IMG/VR virus record: IMGVR_UViG_3300037483_001813
Span: 1 to 27,750 of that record
Origin: a virus
Taxonomy: Duplodnaviria; Caudoviricetes
Reading direction: 5' to 3' (one strand)
DNA length: 27,750 bases
A program made the translations under genes and the position numbers. The notes beneath the pieces were generated by a model. The model did no database searches. It was given only the letters and a program-made list of their open reading frames with translations, and had not been told where the DNA came from. Within the stretch, counting starts at the first letter, position 1; every line of letters begins with the position of its first letter. This document shows, piece after piece, positions 7,115 through 15,558 of the stretch.

Positions 7115-9400
7115 ATGGGATTATTAGAAAAAATCGGTCGTGAAGTTGGAGCTGCAATCAAGGCTTATCAAATTGCAAAGGCACCTGCCAGGCGGCCCAA
7201 GTTTTTGTCATCGGTTGCCAATGCAGGCAAGTGGCTGGGCGGCGATATGGGGATGCGGGAGGCGGCCCAGAAACGAGCGATCCAGAACAGCTGGATCTAT
7301 ACGGCCATCAATTTCAAGGCGCGCGAATTCAGCGCCGGGAAAATGCATGTCTATCCGAAGGGCGTGGGTGACGATTCCAAATATTTCCCGGGGCACCCGT
7401 TTGAACAGATCCTGAGCCATCCAAACCCGTATATGGGCGGCGCTTTTTTTGAGCAATATTCTTTCTGGTGGCTTGATATGGACGGTAACAGTTTCACGTT
7501 CTGCGCACCGGATGAGTACGGCAACCTGGCGGAGTTATGGCCATTACCGTCGCACCAGGTGCGGGTTGTGCCGGGTGATAATGAGCGTTTTATTGACTAT
7601 TACGAATTCATGCCTGAGGGTGTGGTTTATCGAATTCCGGCAGAATACGTGTCACATGTGCGCTACCCGAACCCATTTGACATATTCCGCGGATTGGCGC
7701 CGTTGGTAGCAGCCATTCTCCCCTCAGATGCCGATTCTGCGATGGCATACTGGAACGGGAAGTTTTTCGGTGACGATAATGTGATGCCATCAGCGATCAT
7801 CTCACTGGGATCCGGAGACCCGTCACGCCCGATTGACCCGTCCGATCTGGACGAGCTTAAAAACGATCTGGCGGAAAACTACGGCGCATCCAACCGCAAG
7901 ACAGCCATCACCAATGCGCAGACGATGTACGCTCAATTGCTGGGCTGGAATGCCAAAGACATGGATTTCATGGCAGGCCGAAAATTCAGCAAGGAAGAGA
8001 TCTATGAAATTTTCGGGATCCCGCTGGGGGTGACCAGCGTTTCAGCCACAGAAGCCTCCGCAACGGTGGCGGATAATGTTTTCAAGGAAAAAACACTGTG
8101 GCCAACTATGATACTGGTTGCCGAGGAGCGGACCAATTCAATCTTACGGCGCTGGTACGGCGAAAATATCGAGTGCCGTTTTGAGGATATCCGCCCGATT
8201 ATCAACCAGATGGCGATTCAGGAAGCGACTGCCACCATGACCGACCTGACGATCGACGAACGCAGGGCGCGTTATTGGGGATTGGGTCCCCTGCCGGACG
8301 GAAAAGGCAAAACACTGCCAAACCAGTTTCCGACATCGGAAACCGGCAGCGGATTGGTACAGCCAACAGGAGACCTGCCCGGACATGGATCCGAATATGT
8401 GGAACAAACAGCAGGATTACCACGGCCGCAAAACGCATTGGTGGATGACGCCAAACAGGACCTGCGTAACTGGCGGACAAAATCATTGAAAAGTGTAAAA
8501 TCCGGGGATTTAGCCGATGTCAGTTTTGTGAGCGAAAAGATCAATGCCGATTTGCAGGAGTTGATCCGCTCCGGATTGGAAATTGCAGGCAGCAGCGACG
8601 AGGTCAAGGCGGTTTTTGAGTTTGCCACTAAAGGAATCATGCGCAGCTGGCGTCCATGGTCATTATTTGAAGACGAATTAAAGAAGATCCTCCTGGAATT
8701 GCTTTTAAAACAGGGAGAACGGTTACTAAATGAAGCGCGCGAAAACGGAGCTGCCGGTCTGGAGGATCCTGAATTCTGGGTTGAGGAACGGGCGGTAATG
8801 CTGGCCGAGATTGGACCAACACTGACGAACCTGGCTACCCAGGCGGTGGAAAAAGTGCGCGAAACGGTCGGGCAATCGGTGATTGATGTGGATTGGAACC
8901 TGGCGAATGATTTAGCCAGGCAGGAAGCGCTGGATTATGCCGGTCAAATGATCGGCGGGATTGAGGAAACAACGGTCAATGCCGTAAAACGCGAATTGTC
9001 GCAGTGGACCGCCAGTTCGGAAACGATGGATGACCTGACCAAACGAATTGCAGCCATCAAAGACGATGCCGGGCAGGCTATTTTCTCTGCTCAGCGGGCA
9101 GAAACCATTGCGGTAACAGAAGCGACCAATGTGTATGCCTCAGCCAACACCGGCGCCTGGGAAAAAGCCGGTTATGCAAGAGCCGTATTTAAACCGGCGG
9201 CACACGTACGCTGCCGTTGTTATGTACAGCCCTGGAGGATGCCGGATGGAAGCAAAGTAATTGTCTGGTATACGGCCAGGGATGAACGGGTGTGCACCCG
9301 CCCGATTGAAACGCCAATGGGAACGGTAGCGGGCTGTAAAGCGCTGCACCGGGTGGTGATCAGCGACGGTCCGTATCTGGGACAGGTGATAGCGCGATGA
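7115..9400 (+). CDS. Portal protein fused to a MuF-like (SPP1 gp7) head morphogenesis domain
   Basis: The N-terminal ~400 aa are HK97-type portal-like (HPNPYM, DGNSF, ELWPL, RGLAPL, IFGIP). The C-terminus has RAETIAVTEA, HVRCRC and WYTARDERVC, which are MuF-type motifs. Confidence 0.85.
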   Translation: MGLLEKIGREVGAAIKAYQIAKAPARRPKFLSSVANAGKWLGGDMGMREAAQKRAIQNSWIYTAINFKAREFSAGKMHVYPKGVGDDSKYFPGHPFEQILSHPNPYMGGAFFEQYSFWWLDMDGNSFTFCAPDEYGNLAELWPLPSHQVRVVPGDNERFIDYYEFMPEGVVYRIPAEYVSHVRYPNPFDIFRGLAPLVAAILPSDADSAMAYWNGKFFGDDNVMPSAIISLGSGDPSRPIDPSDLDELKNDLAENYGASNRKTAITNAQTMYAQLLGWNAKDMDFMAGRKFSKEEIYEIFGIPLGVTSVSATEASATVADNVFKEKTLWPTMILVAEERTNSILRRWYGENIECRFEDIRPIINQMAIQEATATMTDLTIDERRARYWGLGPLPDGKGKTLPNQFPTSETGSGLVQPTGDLPGHGSEYVEQTAGLPRPQNALVDDAKQDLRNWRTKSLKSVKSGDLADVSFVSEKINADLQELIRSGLEIAGSSDEVKAVFEFATKGIMRSWRPWSLFEDELKKILLELLLKQGERLLNEARENGAAGLEDPEFWVEERAVMLAEIGPTLTNLATQAVEKVRETVGQSVIDVDWNLANDLARQEALDYAGQMIGGIEETTVNAVKRELSQWTASSETMDDLTKRIAAIKDDAGQAIFSAQRAETIAVTEATNVYASANTGAWEKAGYARAVFKPAAHVRCRCYVQPWRMPDGSKVIVWYTARDERVCTRPIETPMGTVAGCKALHRVVISDGPYLGQVIAR

Positions 9401-9858
9401 TTGAACTCGAATTCGACGGTTATGAGGAATTGAAACAGGCGATTGCCCTGGCTCCGGATATCGCGCTGCAAGCGGCGCACCCGGCCATGGAAGATGCTGT
9501 TATGTTCCTGCACGGCCAGCTGCCGGAATATCCTGCAGCTCTGCCGGAAAGCCGCTATACGAGAACGGCGACGCTTGGTAGAAAATGGACAACCACGGTT
9601 GTGGATGAGCAAACCAGTGTAGTTGGTTTGCTCGGAACCAATGTCCCTTACGCTCCCTGGGTGGTTGGACCGGATTATCCGGGGCTGATTATTAACGGAA
9701 AGCAGAAATTCCAGGCGAAAGTGCACGTAGACCGCTGGTGGCAGTTTCTGGACGTCGTTGAGAAAAACGAGGATAGCGCCTGGGATGCATTCAGCGAAAC
9801 ATTCTGGAAAGAATTTTTGGAGGCCATGCGCAAGCAGGCCAATGGAGGCAGTTTATGA
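9397..9858 (+). CDS. HK97 gp10-like neck/tail-completion protein
   Basis: IELEFDGYEEL start, RTATLGRKW and GTNVPYAPWV resemble the RTG.L / GTN..YA..V motifs of this family. Confidence 0.6.
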   Translation: MIELEFDGYEELKQAIALAPDIALQAAHPAMEDAVMFLHGQLPEYPAALPESRYTRTATLGRKWTTTVVDEQTSVVGLLGTNVPYAPWVVGPDYPGLIINGKQKFQAKVHVDRWWQFLDVVEKNEDSAWDAFSETFWKEFLEAMRKQANGGSL

Positions 9859-11945
9859 AGAAAAAAATCAACGAGACATTTATCTCATTCGGATCGGCGG
9901 TCAAGGCGATGGGAAACGGTGTAATTGGCGGGCACCTGGTGCTGTACGGGGACCCGGATAACAAGGATTTTGACCGCCAGTATTTCACGAAAAACACCTA
10001 TTTCGGGCCATCGGATGGGGACGGGCAGCTGACGGCGATTAACCACATGATTGCCGTGAAAACAGGAGACCCGGCCATTGACCAGCAGCTGAAGGATCTG
10101 TCGAAACGACGGCTGCCATCGTTGAAAACCAAACGGGATGCCCTGGGCATTTTCGCTGAGGTGATGCTGAACCTGTCGGATGAATATGAAAAACTGGTAT
10201 ATGACCTGGCGCAAAAAGGGGTGTGGAAATTCAGCGCCGGGAGTGCTCCGCATTTGCTGGATGTGGCAGAGGACGGCTGGATCAAACAGTTCCCGATTGC
10301 CGAGGGGTCGCTGACCCCCATCCCTGCGGAGCCAAGGATGTTGGATCACCGGGTGATGCCGTTGAAAGCATACCTGGAGATATTGAATCAACCTGACGAT
10401 GAAAGCGGCACTGGCGCAGAGGGCGACGGCTCAGGTGGCCCTGCCAGCCGGAAATCAGCGGGAATCACAAAACATGGAGTGAAAACAATGGATATTTTAG
10501 AGGCAATCAAGCAGCTCGTCCCTGGAATGACAGACGAGCAACTCCAGCAAATCACTGCAATCCTCGGGTTAACCGGAATGACGGTACCAGCCGGGGAAAT
10601 GACAGATGAGGTTGCTGCCGATGTTGAGGCTGGTAAATCAATCAGCATGGTTTCGTTAATCAACCAGTTGAAATCGGTCGGTTATGAAATCAATTTACCC
10701 GGACAAAAATCAATGAAAATTGCTGCCAAACGGCCAGCTTTCGAACACAATCCGGACCCGATTCAGAGCGCAAAACCGGATCCTGAAAAGGAAAAGGCAG
10801 AAAAAGCGGTCAAATCGCTGAATGCGGTGTATCTCAAAAAATTTGGACAGGCCGATTCGGCACAGGATCAAATCCTGGCGGATGTAATCGGCGCGGATTA
10901 CAAACAGGTTTTGTATGACCAGGACCTGGCCTATCAGAAATTCATCCGCTTTGGCGACCGGATGCTGGAAGGCAGGGAAATCAACCTGCTCAAACGGCAG
11001 ATTTACCCGCTCAAATCAATTATCGATATGGCGGGTGGATTATCGCTGGGCGCCATCAAAACAACGATGGTTGAGGCAGCCGGTGAGCTGGGCGGTTTTG
11101 CCGTACCGGCCCAACGCCAGGACCGCATCATCAGCCGCTTACCCGGTATGACTGCCGTGCGCGGTGCCGGAGCTGAGGTAATCACGCTGCAAAACTCCAA
11201 CTCGGTGGAACTATTGATCTGGGCAGGCGGGGATGACCAATATACCGGCAATATCCGCGGGCAATGGGGATCAGAGACTCAAACACCCAGTGAACAGAAT
11301 GGTAAATTTGCCCTGCAGCCGGTGGTTGCGCACATCTATACCTACAAAGTAGGCGTTTCGCAATCCCTGCTCGAGGATGCGGTCAACGCGGTTAACAAAG
11401 TTGAGAACGACATCGGCGATGTGTTGGCAATTGATGAGGATATCACCTTCCTGATCGGGGATGGGGTTGCTAAACCGTTGGGAATTTTACCAGGTGGAAT
11501 TAATGAACTAAGCCTGACCGAAAAGGTTTCTCTGGCCGCCGCCGCAGTGACCGCCGCCGGTATTAAGGCGCTCAAACGTGGTGTTGCCAGTCAATACCGT
11601 AAAAACGCCGTCTGGGTAGCCAACTCCGACACCTATGGTGATATCGAAGCACTGGTTGCAACCGATGGCAAATTCATTTTTGAAGACCTATCCGATGATG
11701 AGCGGCTGCTAAACCGCAAAATCTACGAATCCGAAGCCCTGGCGGACGTGGCTGCCTCAGCCTACCCGATCATTTTCGGTGATATGAGCGGGTACGCCAT
11801 TGTGGAACGGTTAGGCCTGGCGATTGAGCGCTTCCATGACTCCAATACCGGCATCAACAAGGTGGAATTCCACGTGCGGCGCCGGGTTGGCGGACGGGTT
11901 ACCCAACCATGGAAATTCGCAGTCCAGAAGATTGCTGCCAGCTAA
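9855..11945 (+). CDS. Prohead protease fused to HK97-fold major capsid protein
   Basis: The N-terminal ~175 aa are protease-like (GGHLVLYG, INH, KFSAGS, EGSLTPIPAEP). The C-terminal part is MCP-like (GGFAVP, SQSLLED, FLIGDG..KPLGI, IIFGDMSGY, RVGG). Confidence 0.88.
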   Translation: MKKKINETFISFGSAVKAMGNGVIGGHLVLYGDPDNKDFDRQYFTKNTYFGPSDGDGQLTAINHMIAVKTGDPAIDQQLKDLSKRRLPSLKTKRDALGIFAEVMLNLSDEYEKLVYDLAQKGVWKFSAGSAPHLLDVAEDGWIKQFPIAEGSLTPIPAEPRMLDHRVMPLKAYLEILNQPDDESGTGAEGDGSGGPASRKSAGITKHGVKTMDILEAIKQLVPGMTDEQLQQITAILGLTGMTVPAGEMTDEVAADVEAGKSISMVSLINQLKSVGYEINLPGQKSMKIAAKRPAFEHNPDPIQSAKPDPEKEKAEKAVKSLNAVYLKKFGQADSAQDQILADVIGADYKQVLYDQDLAYQKFIRFGDRMLEGREINLLKRQIYPLKSIIDMAGGLSLGAIKTTMVEAAGELGGFAVPAQRQDRIISRLPGMTAVRGAGAEVITLQNSNSVELLIWAGGDDQYTGNIRGQWGSETQTPSEQNGKFALQPVVAHIYTYKVGVSQSLLEDAVNAVNKVENDIGDVLAIDEDITFLIGDGVAKPLGILPGGINELSLTEKVSLAAAAVTAAGIKALKRGVASQYRKNAVWVANSDTYGDIEALVATDGKFIFEDLSDDERLLNRKIYESEALADVAASAYPIIFGDMSGYAIVERLGLAIERFHDSNTGINKVEFHVRRRVGGRVTQPWKFAVQKIAAS

Positions 11946-12024
11946 GCGCAGCACAAATCGGTTATAAAACCCCTGCCCATTCATAGGCAGCGGCAGGGGA
12001 CCTATAAAAAAGTGAAGGTGAAAA

Positions 12025-12468
12025 ATGCAAATTAATCGCAAACTGGTTGAATCGTTGAAAATTCAGCCATTAAATAAAGAGGTTGCGGTTGCCGCAGCGC
12101 TTTATCCGCTTTCCGGCAGTTTTATCGATGTCTCGCGCTTTGAGCGTTTTGCGTTCCTGATTGCAGCGGGGGCATTGAACTCCGCGTTGACGCTCCAGGT
12201 ACAGCAGGCGACTGCGGTGGACGGGACGCCCAAGGACGTTACCGATGCCGTTGTTGTGGTTGCTGCGACCGATGATGACCAGTGGTTTGTGATCGAGGTC
12301 CAGACCGCCAAGATGGATATCAATAACGATTACCGCTATGTGACGCTCAAAGCGACCGGTGCGGCAGATTCGGACGATTTTGCCGCCATAACATTCTTCG
12401 GATACGGGGATTACCAGCCGATTGCGCAGGGGGACACCCTGGAGGAGGCTGTGTTTATTGGTGGATAA
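12025..12468 (+). CDS. Putative capsid decoration/accessory protein
   Basis: Immediately after the MCP; SD GAAGGTG; Ala/Val/Asp-rich beta-type sequence. Confidence 0.55.
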   Translation: MQINRKLVESLKIQPLNKEVAVAAALYPLSGSFIDVSRFERFAFLIAAGALNSALTLQVQQATAVDGTPKDVTDAVVVVAATDDDQWFVIEVQTAKMDINNDYRYVTLKATGAADSDDFAAITFFGYGDYQPIAQGDTLEEAVFIGG

Positions 12469-12502
12469 CGCCCGGCATGGGTGTTTCCAAATATATTAAT
12501 CC

Positions 12503-12534
12503 AAAAAGGGTGCCGGTTTAGCCTCCGGCACCCT
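12503..12534 (-). terminator. GC-rich hairpin with a U-tract on the minus strand (possible antisense terminator or mRNA-stabilising stem)
   Basis: AGGGTGCCGG (12507-12516) / CCGGCACCCT (12525-12534) form a perfect 10-bp stem, preceded by an A-run. Confidence 0.5.
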
Positions 12535-12551
12535 GAAGAGGAAGGATCAAA

Positions 12552-12821
12552 ATGAAAATCAGGGTATTAGTTGACGGAAAATTTAATAACAAAGAACACA
12601 AATCCAAAAAATGTAAAAAGGGTACTGTGCTGGAGACCAGCGATGCCTATGGCAACCTCCTGGTGGCAGATGGCCTGGCCGTAAATATCGGTAAACCGGT
12701 AAAAGTAAAAATCAACAACCCAAAACCGAAAATTGTAAAACTGACCGATGAAACGCTGGATGGAAAAAAACCAGCGACACCCGGTAACGCGGCCGCCAAG
12801 AAAAATGAGTTCGTAGAATGA
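12552..12821 (+). CDS. Small Lys-rich hypothetical protein of the head-neck region
   Basis: SD GAGGAAGGA; stop overlaps the next ATG. Confidence 0.7.
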   Translation: MKIRVLVDGKFNNKEHKSKKCKKGTVLETSDAYGNLLVADGLAVNIGKPVKVKINNPKPKIVKLTDETLDGKKPATPGNAAAKKNEFVE

Positions 12822-13705
12822 ATTACGCGACTCTGGTCGAAATGAAGCGTTATCTCGGCACCGATGAAACAACGGATGATGCCTTGTTGACCAAGTTGCT
12901 GGCATGGTCCAGTCGTTTTATCGATATCTGGAAGGGCCGCCGTTTTGACGTGCGTTTTGAAACCCGTTATTTTGACCGGCCATCCGGAAACCGGAGTGCG
13001 TTCGGCGTTTTTGACAGCAGTCTGCTGACAGGATCAGCCGGTTCAGCGCTGCGTTTGGATAATGACCTGCTGGAAATATCCAGCCTGATCAATGGTGATG
13101 GCGATGAAATTTTATCCAGTGCATTCACGCTGGAACCTGCCAACATGTATCCAAAACGCAGGATCCGGCTGAAATCTGCGGCGGATTACTGGAGTGGCGA
13201 CAGTTACGGCGATTACGAACAGGTAATATCAGTCAGCGGCTGGTGGGGATACCACGACGATTATCCGAACTGTTTTGTAGACAGCCTGGATGTGGTGACA
13301 ACTACCCCGCTGGATGATTCCGGTATCAGCCTGATCGTTGCCGATGCAGATGGTACTGCCGGTGATCTGTTATCCCCTCGCTTCCAGGCGGGACAGATGA
13401 TTCAAATCGGGACTGAGTTGATGTTGGTGATCAGCGTCAATACAACATCCAACAGCCTGGTTGTTCTACGCGGCTATAACGGATCGACGGCCGCTGCGCA
13501 CCTGGTTGGTGTGAAAATAGCGGTCTTCCGGGTGATGGGGACGATCGAAACCGCCTGCATCCGTCTGGTGAAATGGCGCTATACCCAGAAAGACACGGAC
13601 AATTTCGATAAAACATACATCCTGGGTGTAGGACAGGTTAATGTGCCAACGGCAATACCGTCGGATGTGTTGATGGTCCTGGGGCCACGAAAGGCAGGAT
13701 TGTAA
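12818..13705 (+). CDS. Head-tail connector/adaptor (gp6/gp15-like) with an inserted beta domain
   Basis: MNYATLVEMKRYLG..DDALL..L...SRFID...GRRF start; VSGWWGY; IETACIRLV; C-terminal IPSDV..L. Confidence 0.8.
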   Translation: MNYATLVEMKRYLGTDETTDDALLTKLLAWSSRFIDIWKGRRFDVRFETRYFDRPSGNRSAFGVFDSSLLTGSAGSALRLDNDLLEISSLINGDGDEILSSAFTLEPANMYPKRRIRLKSAADYWSGDSYGDYEQVISVSGWWGYHDDYPNCFVDSLDVVTTTPLDDSGISLIVADADGTAGDLLSPRFQAGQMIQIGTELMLVISVNTTSNSLVVLRGYNGSTAAAHLVGVKIAVFRVMGTIETACIRLVKWRYTQKDTDNFDKTYILGVGQVNVPTAIPSDVLMVLGPRKAGL

Positions 13706-14148
13706 TGATTGCTTCGTTAACAGCCGCTATCAAAACGATTGGAGCCGCGGCCAGCGGGATTAAATCCGGATTCGATCCGGCTCCGAACGATCTTAACAGC
13801 TCGTCTCTACCGGCTTTATGGTGTTTCACCGGCCCGGCGCGGGAGGATCAGAGCCAGTTTTCCGATTATGCCAGCGTGGTGCGGACGATGCGGGTACAGG
13901 TAGCCGTGCTTCCAACCGCCCAGGGGACACCGGCAGAGCGTGAAAAAAAATGCAGACCGTTACTGGATGCTGTCACCGCACAACTGCGCTCGTACCCGCA
14001 CCTGGGTGTGGACTGGGTGCAAAAAGCACAGGTGGCTGGCGATTCTGGGATTGTTATTTTACCGGAATATGCCGGTAAATATATTGGATTTGAAATTCAG
14101 CTAGAGGTGGCGTACTACGTCAAACGGACCTACGCTGCCGGAGAATAA
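13705..14148 (+). CDS. Putative tail terminator/completion protein
   Basis: Size (147 aa) and position between the adaptor and the major tail protein. Confidence 0.55.
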   Translation: MIASLTAAIKTIGAAASGIKSGFDPAPNDLNSSSLPALWCFTGPAREDQSQFSDYASVVRTMRVQVAVLPTAQGTPAEREKKCRPLLDAVTAQLRSYPHLGVDWVQKAQVAGDSGIVILPEYAGKYIGFEIQLEVAYYVKRTYAAGE

Positions 14149-14160
14149 GGAGAAAAATAA

Positions 14161-14967
14161 ATGAGTGCACCAAGTGGAAAAATGTTAGCTGTAGGATTGC
14201 GCCATGCGCAAATTTTCGCGTTGGATAGCAGTGGTTACCCGGCTGCCACGGATACAACACTGTATTCCGGTTTGGAGATTGTGGGTCCAAAGGTTTTTAA
14301 CGTAACGCTCCCGGAAACACGAAAAATAACGCATCCCGGCAACGACCGGGTTTTGAACGTTGACCAACTGCCGTCATTAGATGGGGCATCAGCCGAATTG
14401 ACAGCGGCACGGAATGATTATGATGTCTATGCCCTGCTGACCGGCACCAAAGAATATACGATCGGCGAAGCGAAAATCATTGGCCTGGCTACCAGCAAGC
14501 AGGGCAGTGAACCGCAAATGGGTATGCTTTTATATCAGCAGGCGCTGGATGGCGTCAGCGGTGCCCGTGTCTGGCGATCATTTCTGATCCCCAAGGGATT
14601 GGTATTCCCAAAACCGGGCGGGATGAATGAAAACAACACCGAACATGTTTTCACGGTCCAACCGCAGGTGGTCAGCAAACACGTCTGGGGTAAGGCCTTT
14701 GCGATCGCGGACGAGGGTTATACCACCGCTCAGGTACAGGAAATGATGACGGAATACAAACCTAAATTGGCTGCTTTCCAGGGTGATGGAACGGAAGATG
14801 AATTCCTGTTTGATGTTGCCTATCCGGCGGTATCCGTTGCAAAAATTACGGTGTGGGTTGATGGCGTCATCCAGTCTGCCGGAATTACCCCGGCCGTCAC
14901 GGGAGTAACGTTCACAGCGGCACCAGCAGACGGTGCCATGATTGTGGTGCTGTATGAGTTTGAGTAA
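14161..14967 (+). CDS. Major tail (tube) protein with a C-terminal accessory beta domain
   Basis: SD AAGGAG; lies before the chaperone and TMP genes; C-terminal GDGT..F...ITVWVDGV...VTFTAAPADGA.I domain. Confidence 0.75.
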   Translation: MSAPSGKMLAVGLRHAQIFALDSSGYPAATDTTLYSGLEIVGPKVFNVTLPETRKITHPGNDRVLNVDQLPSLDGASAELTAARNDYDVYALLTGTKEYTIGEAKIIGLATSKQGSEPQMGMLLYQQALDGVSGARVWRSFLIPKGLVFPKPGGMNENNTEHVFTVQPQVVSKHVWGKAFAIADEGYTTAQVQEMMTEYKPKLAAFQGDGTEDEFLFDVAYPAVSVAKITVWVDGVIQSAGITPAVTGVTFTAAPADGAMIVVLYEFE

Positions 14968-15358
14968 ATTCGAATTCTCCGCCAAAAATGTGAAGGCGTC
15001 GCTGGAGATTGCAGAGGAAACCGTGCTGCACGGTATGCGCCGCACCCGGTTAAAAGCCGAGGCGACAGTTAATCGAGAAGAGGATCCGGATAGGGCGTTT
15101 TTACGCGTGGTTACCTATCCGGATCTGATGGCAGTCAGTTCCGGATCCATTATCGTCACGGTTGACGGTACTGCAGATGAAGAAATAAAGGTTCCGGAAG
15201 AGCTAGATTTCGAACGGTATTTGAACCTGCCGGGGCAGATTGCCGGGCGCTGGGAACAGGCTGTATATGAAATAAACCCGCATTATCTGCCATCTACAGA
15301 TGACGAAGAAACGGAAAAAAAAAGACAGCAGCCCTCTTCAGAAGATTCCTCGATATAA
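14954..15358 (+). CDS. Tail assembly chaperone (gpG-like)
   Basis: Lies between the tail tube and tape measure genes; ends shortly after an A9 slippery run (15315-15323). Confidence 0.75.
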   Translation: MSLSKFEFSAKNVKASLEIAEETVLHGMRRTRLKAEATVNREEDPDRAFLRVVTYPDLMAVSSGSIIVTVDGTADEEIKVPEELDFERYLNLPGQIAGRWEQAVYEINPHYLPSTDDEETEKKRQQPSSEDSSI

Positions 15359-15558
15359 ACGCGCGCAGCCAGGACGAAGACCTGCCGGAAATCGTCGTGA
15401 TCCATGAGGAGAACGAGGCAATGCGGATCTGGTCGATCCTGGAGGCGGTGCAGTGGCGCTGGACGATCAATGAAATATTGGAACAACCAAACCAGTTATT
15501 GACGGATGTACTGCAACTAGCCGGATTGAGCCGGAACAAACAACTGCGGAGTGAGTAA
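15316..15558 (+). CDS. -1 frameshift extension of the tail chaperone (gpGT-like), absent from the ORF track
   Basis: The -1 frame is open from the A-run: KKKTAALFRRFLDINARSQDEDLPE...VQWRWTINEILEQPNQLL...RSE*. Its stop TAA (15556-15558) overlaps the TMP ATG. Confidence 0.75.
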   Translation, partial: KKKTAALFRRFLDINARSQDEDLPEIVVIHEENEAMRIWSILEAVQWRWTINEILEQPNQLLTDVLQLAGLSRNKQLRSE

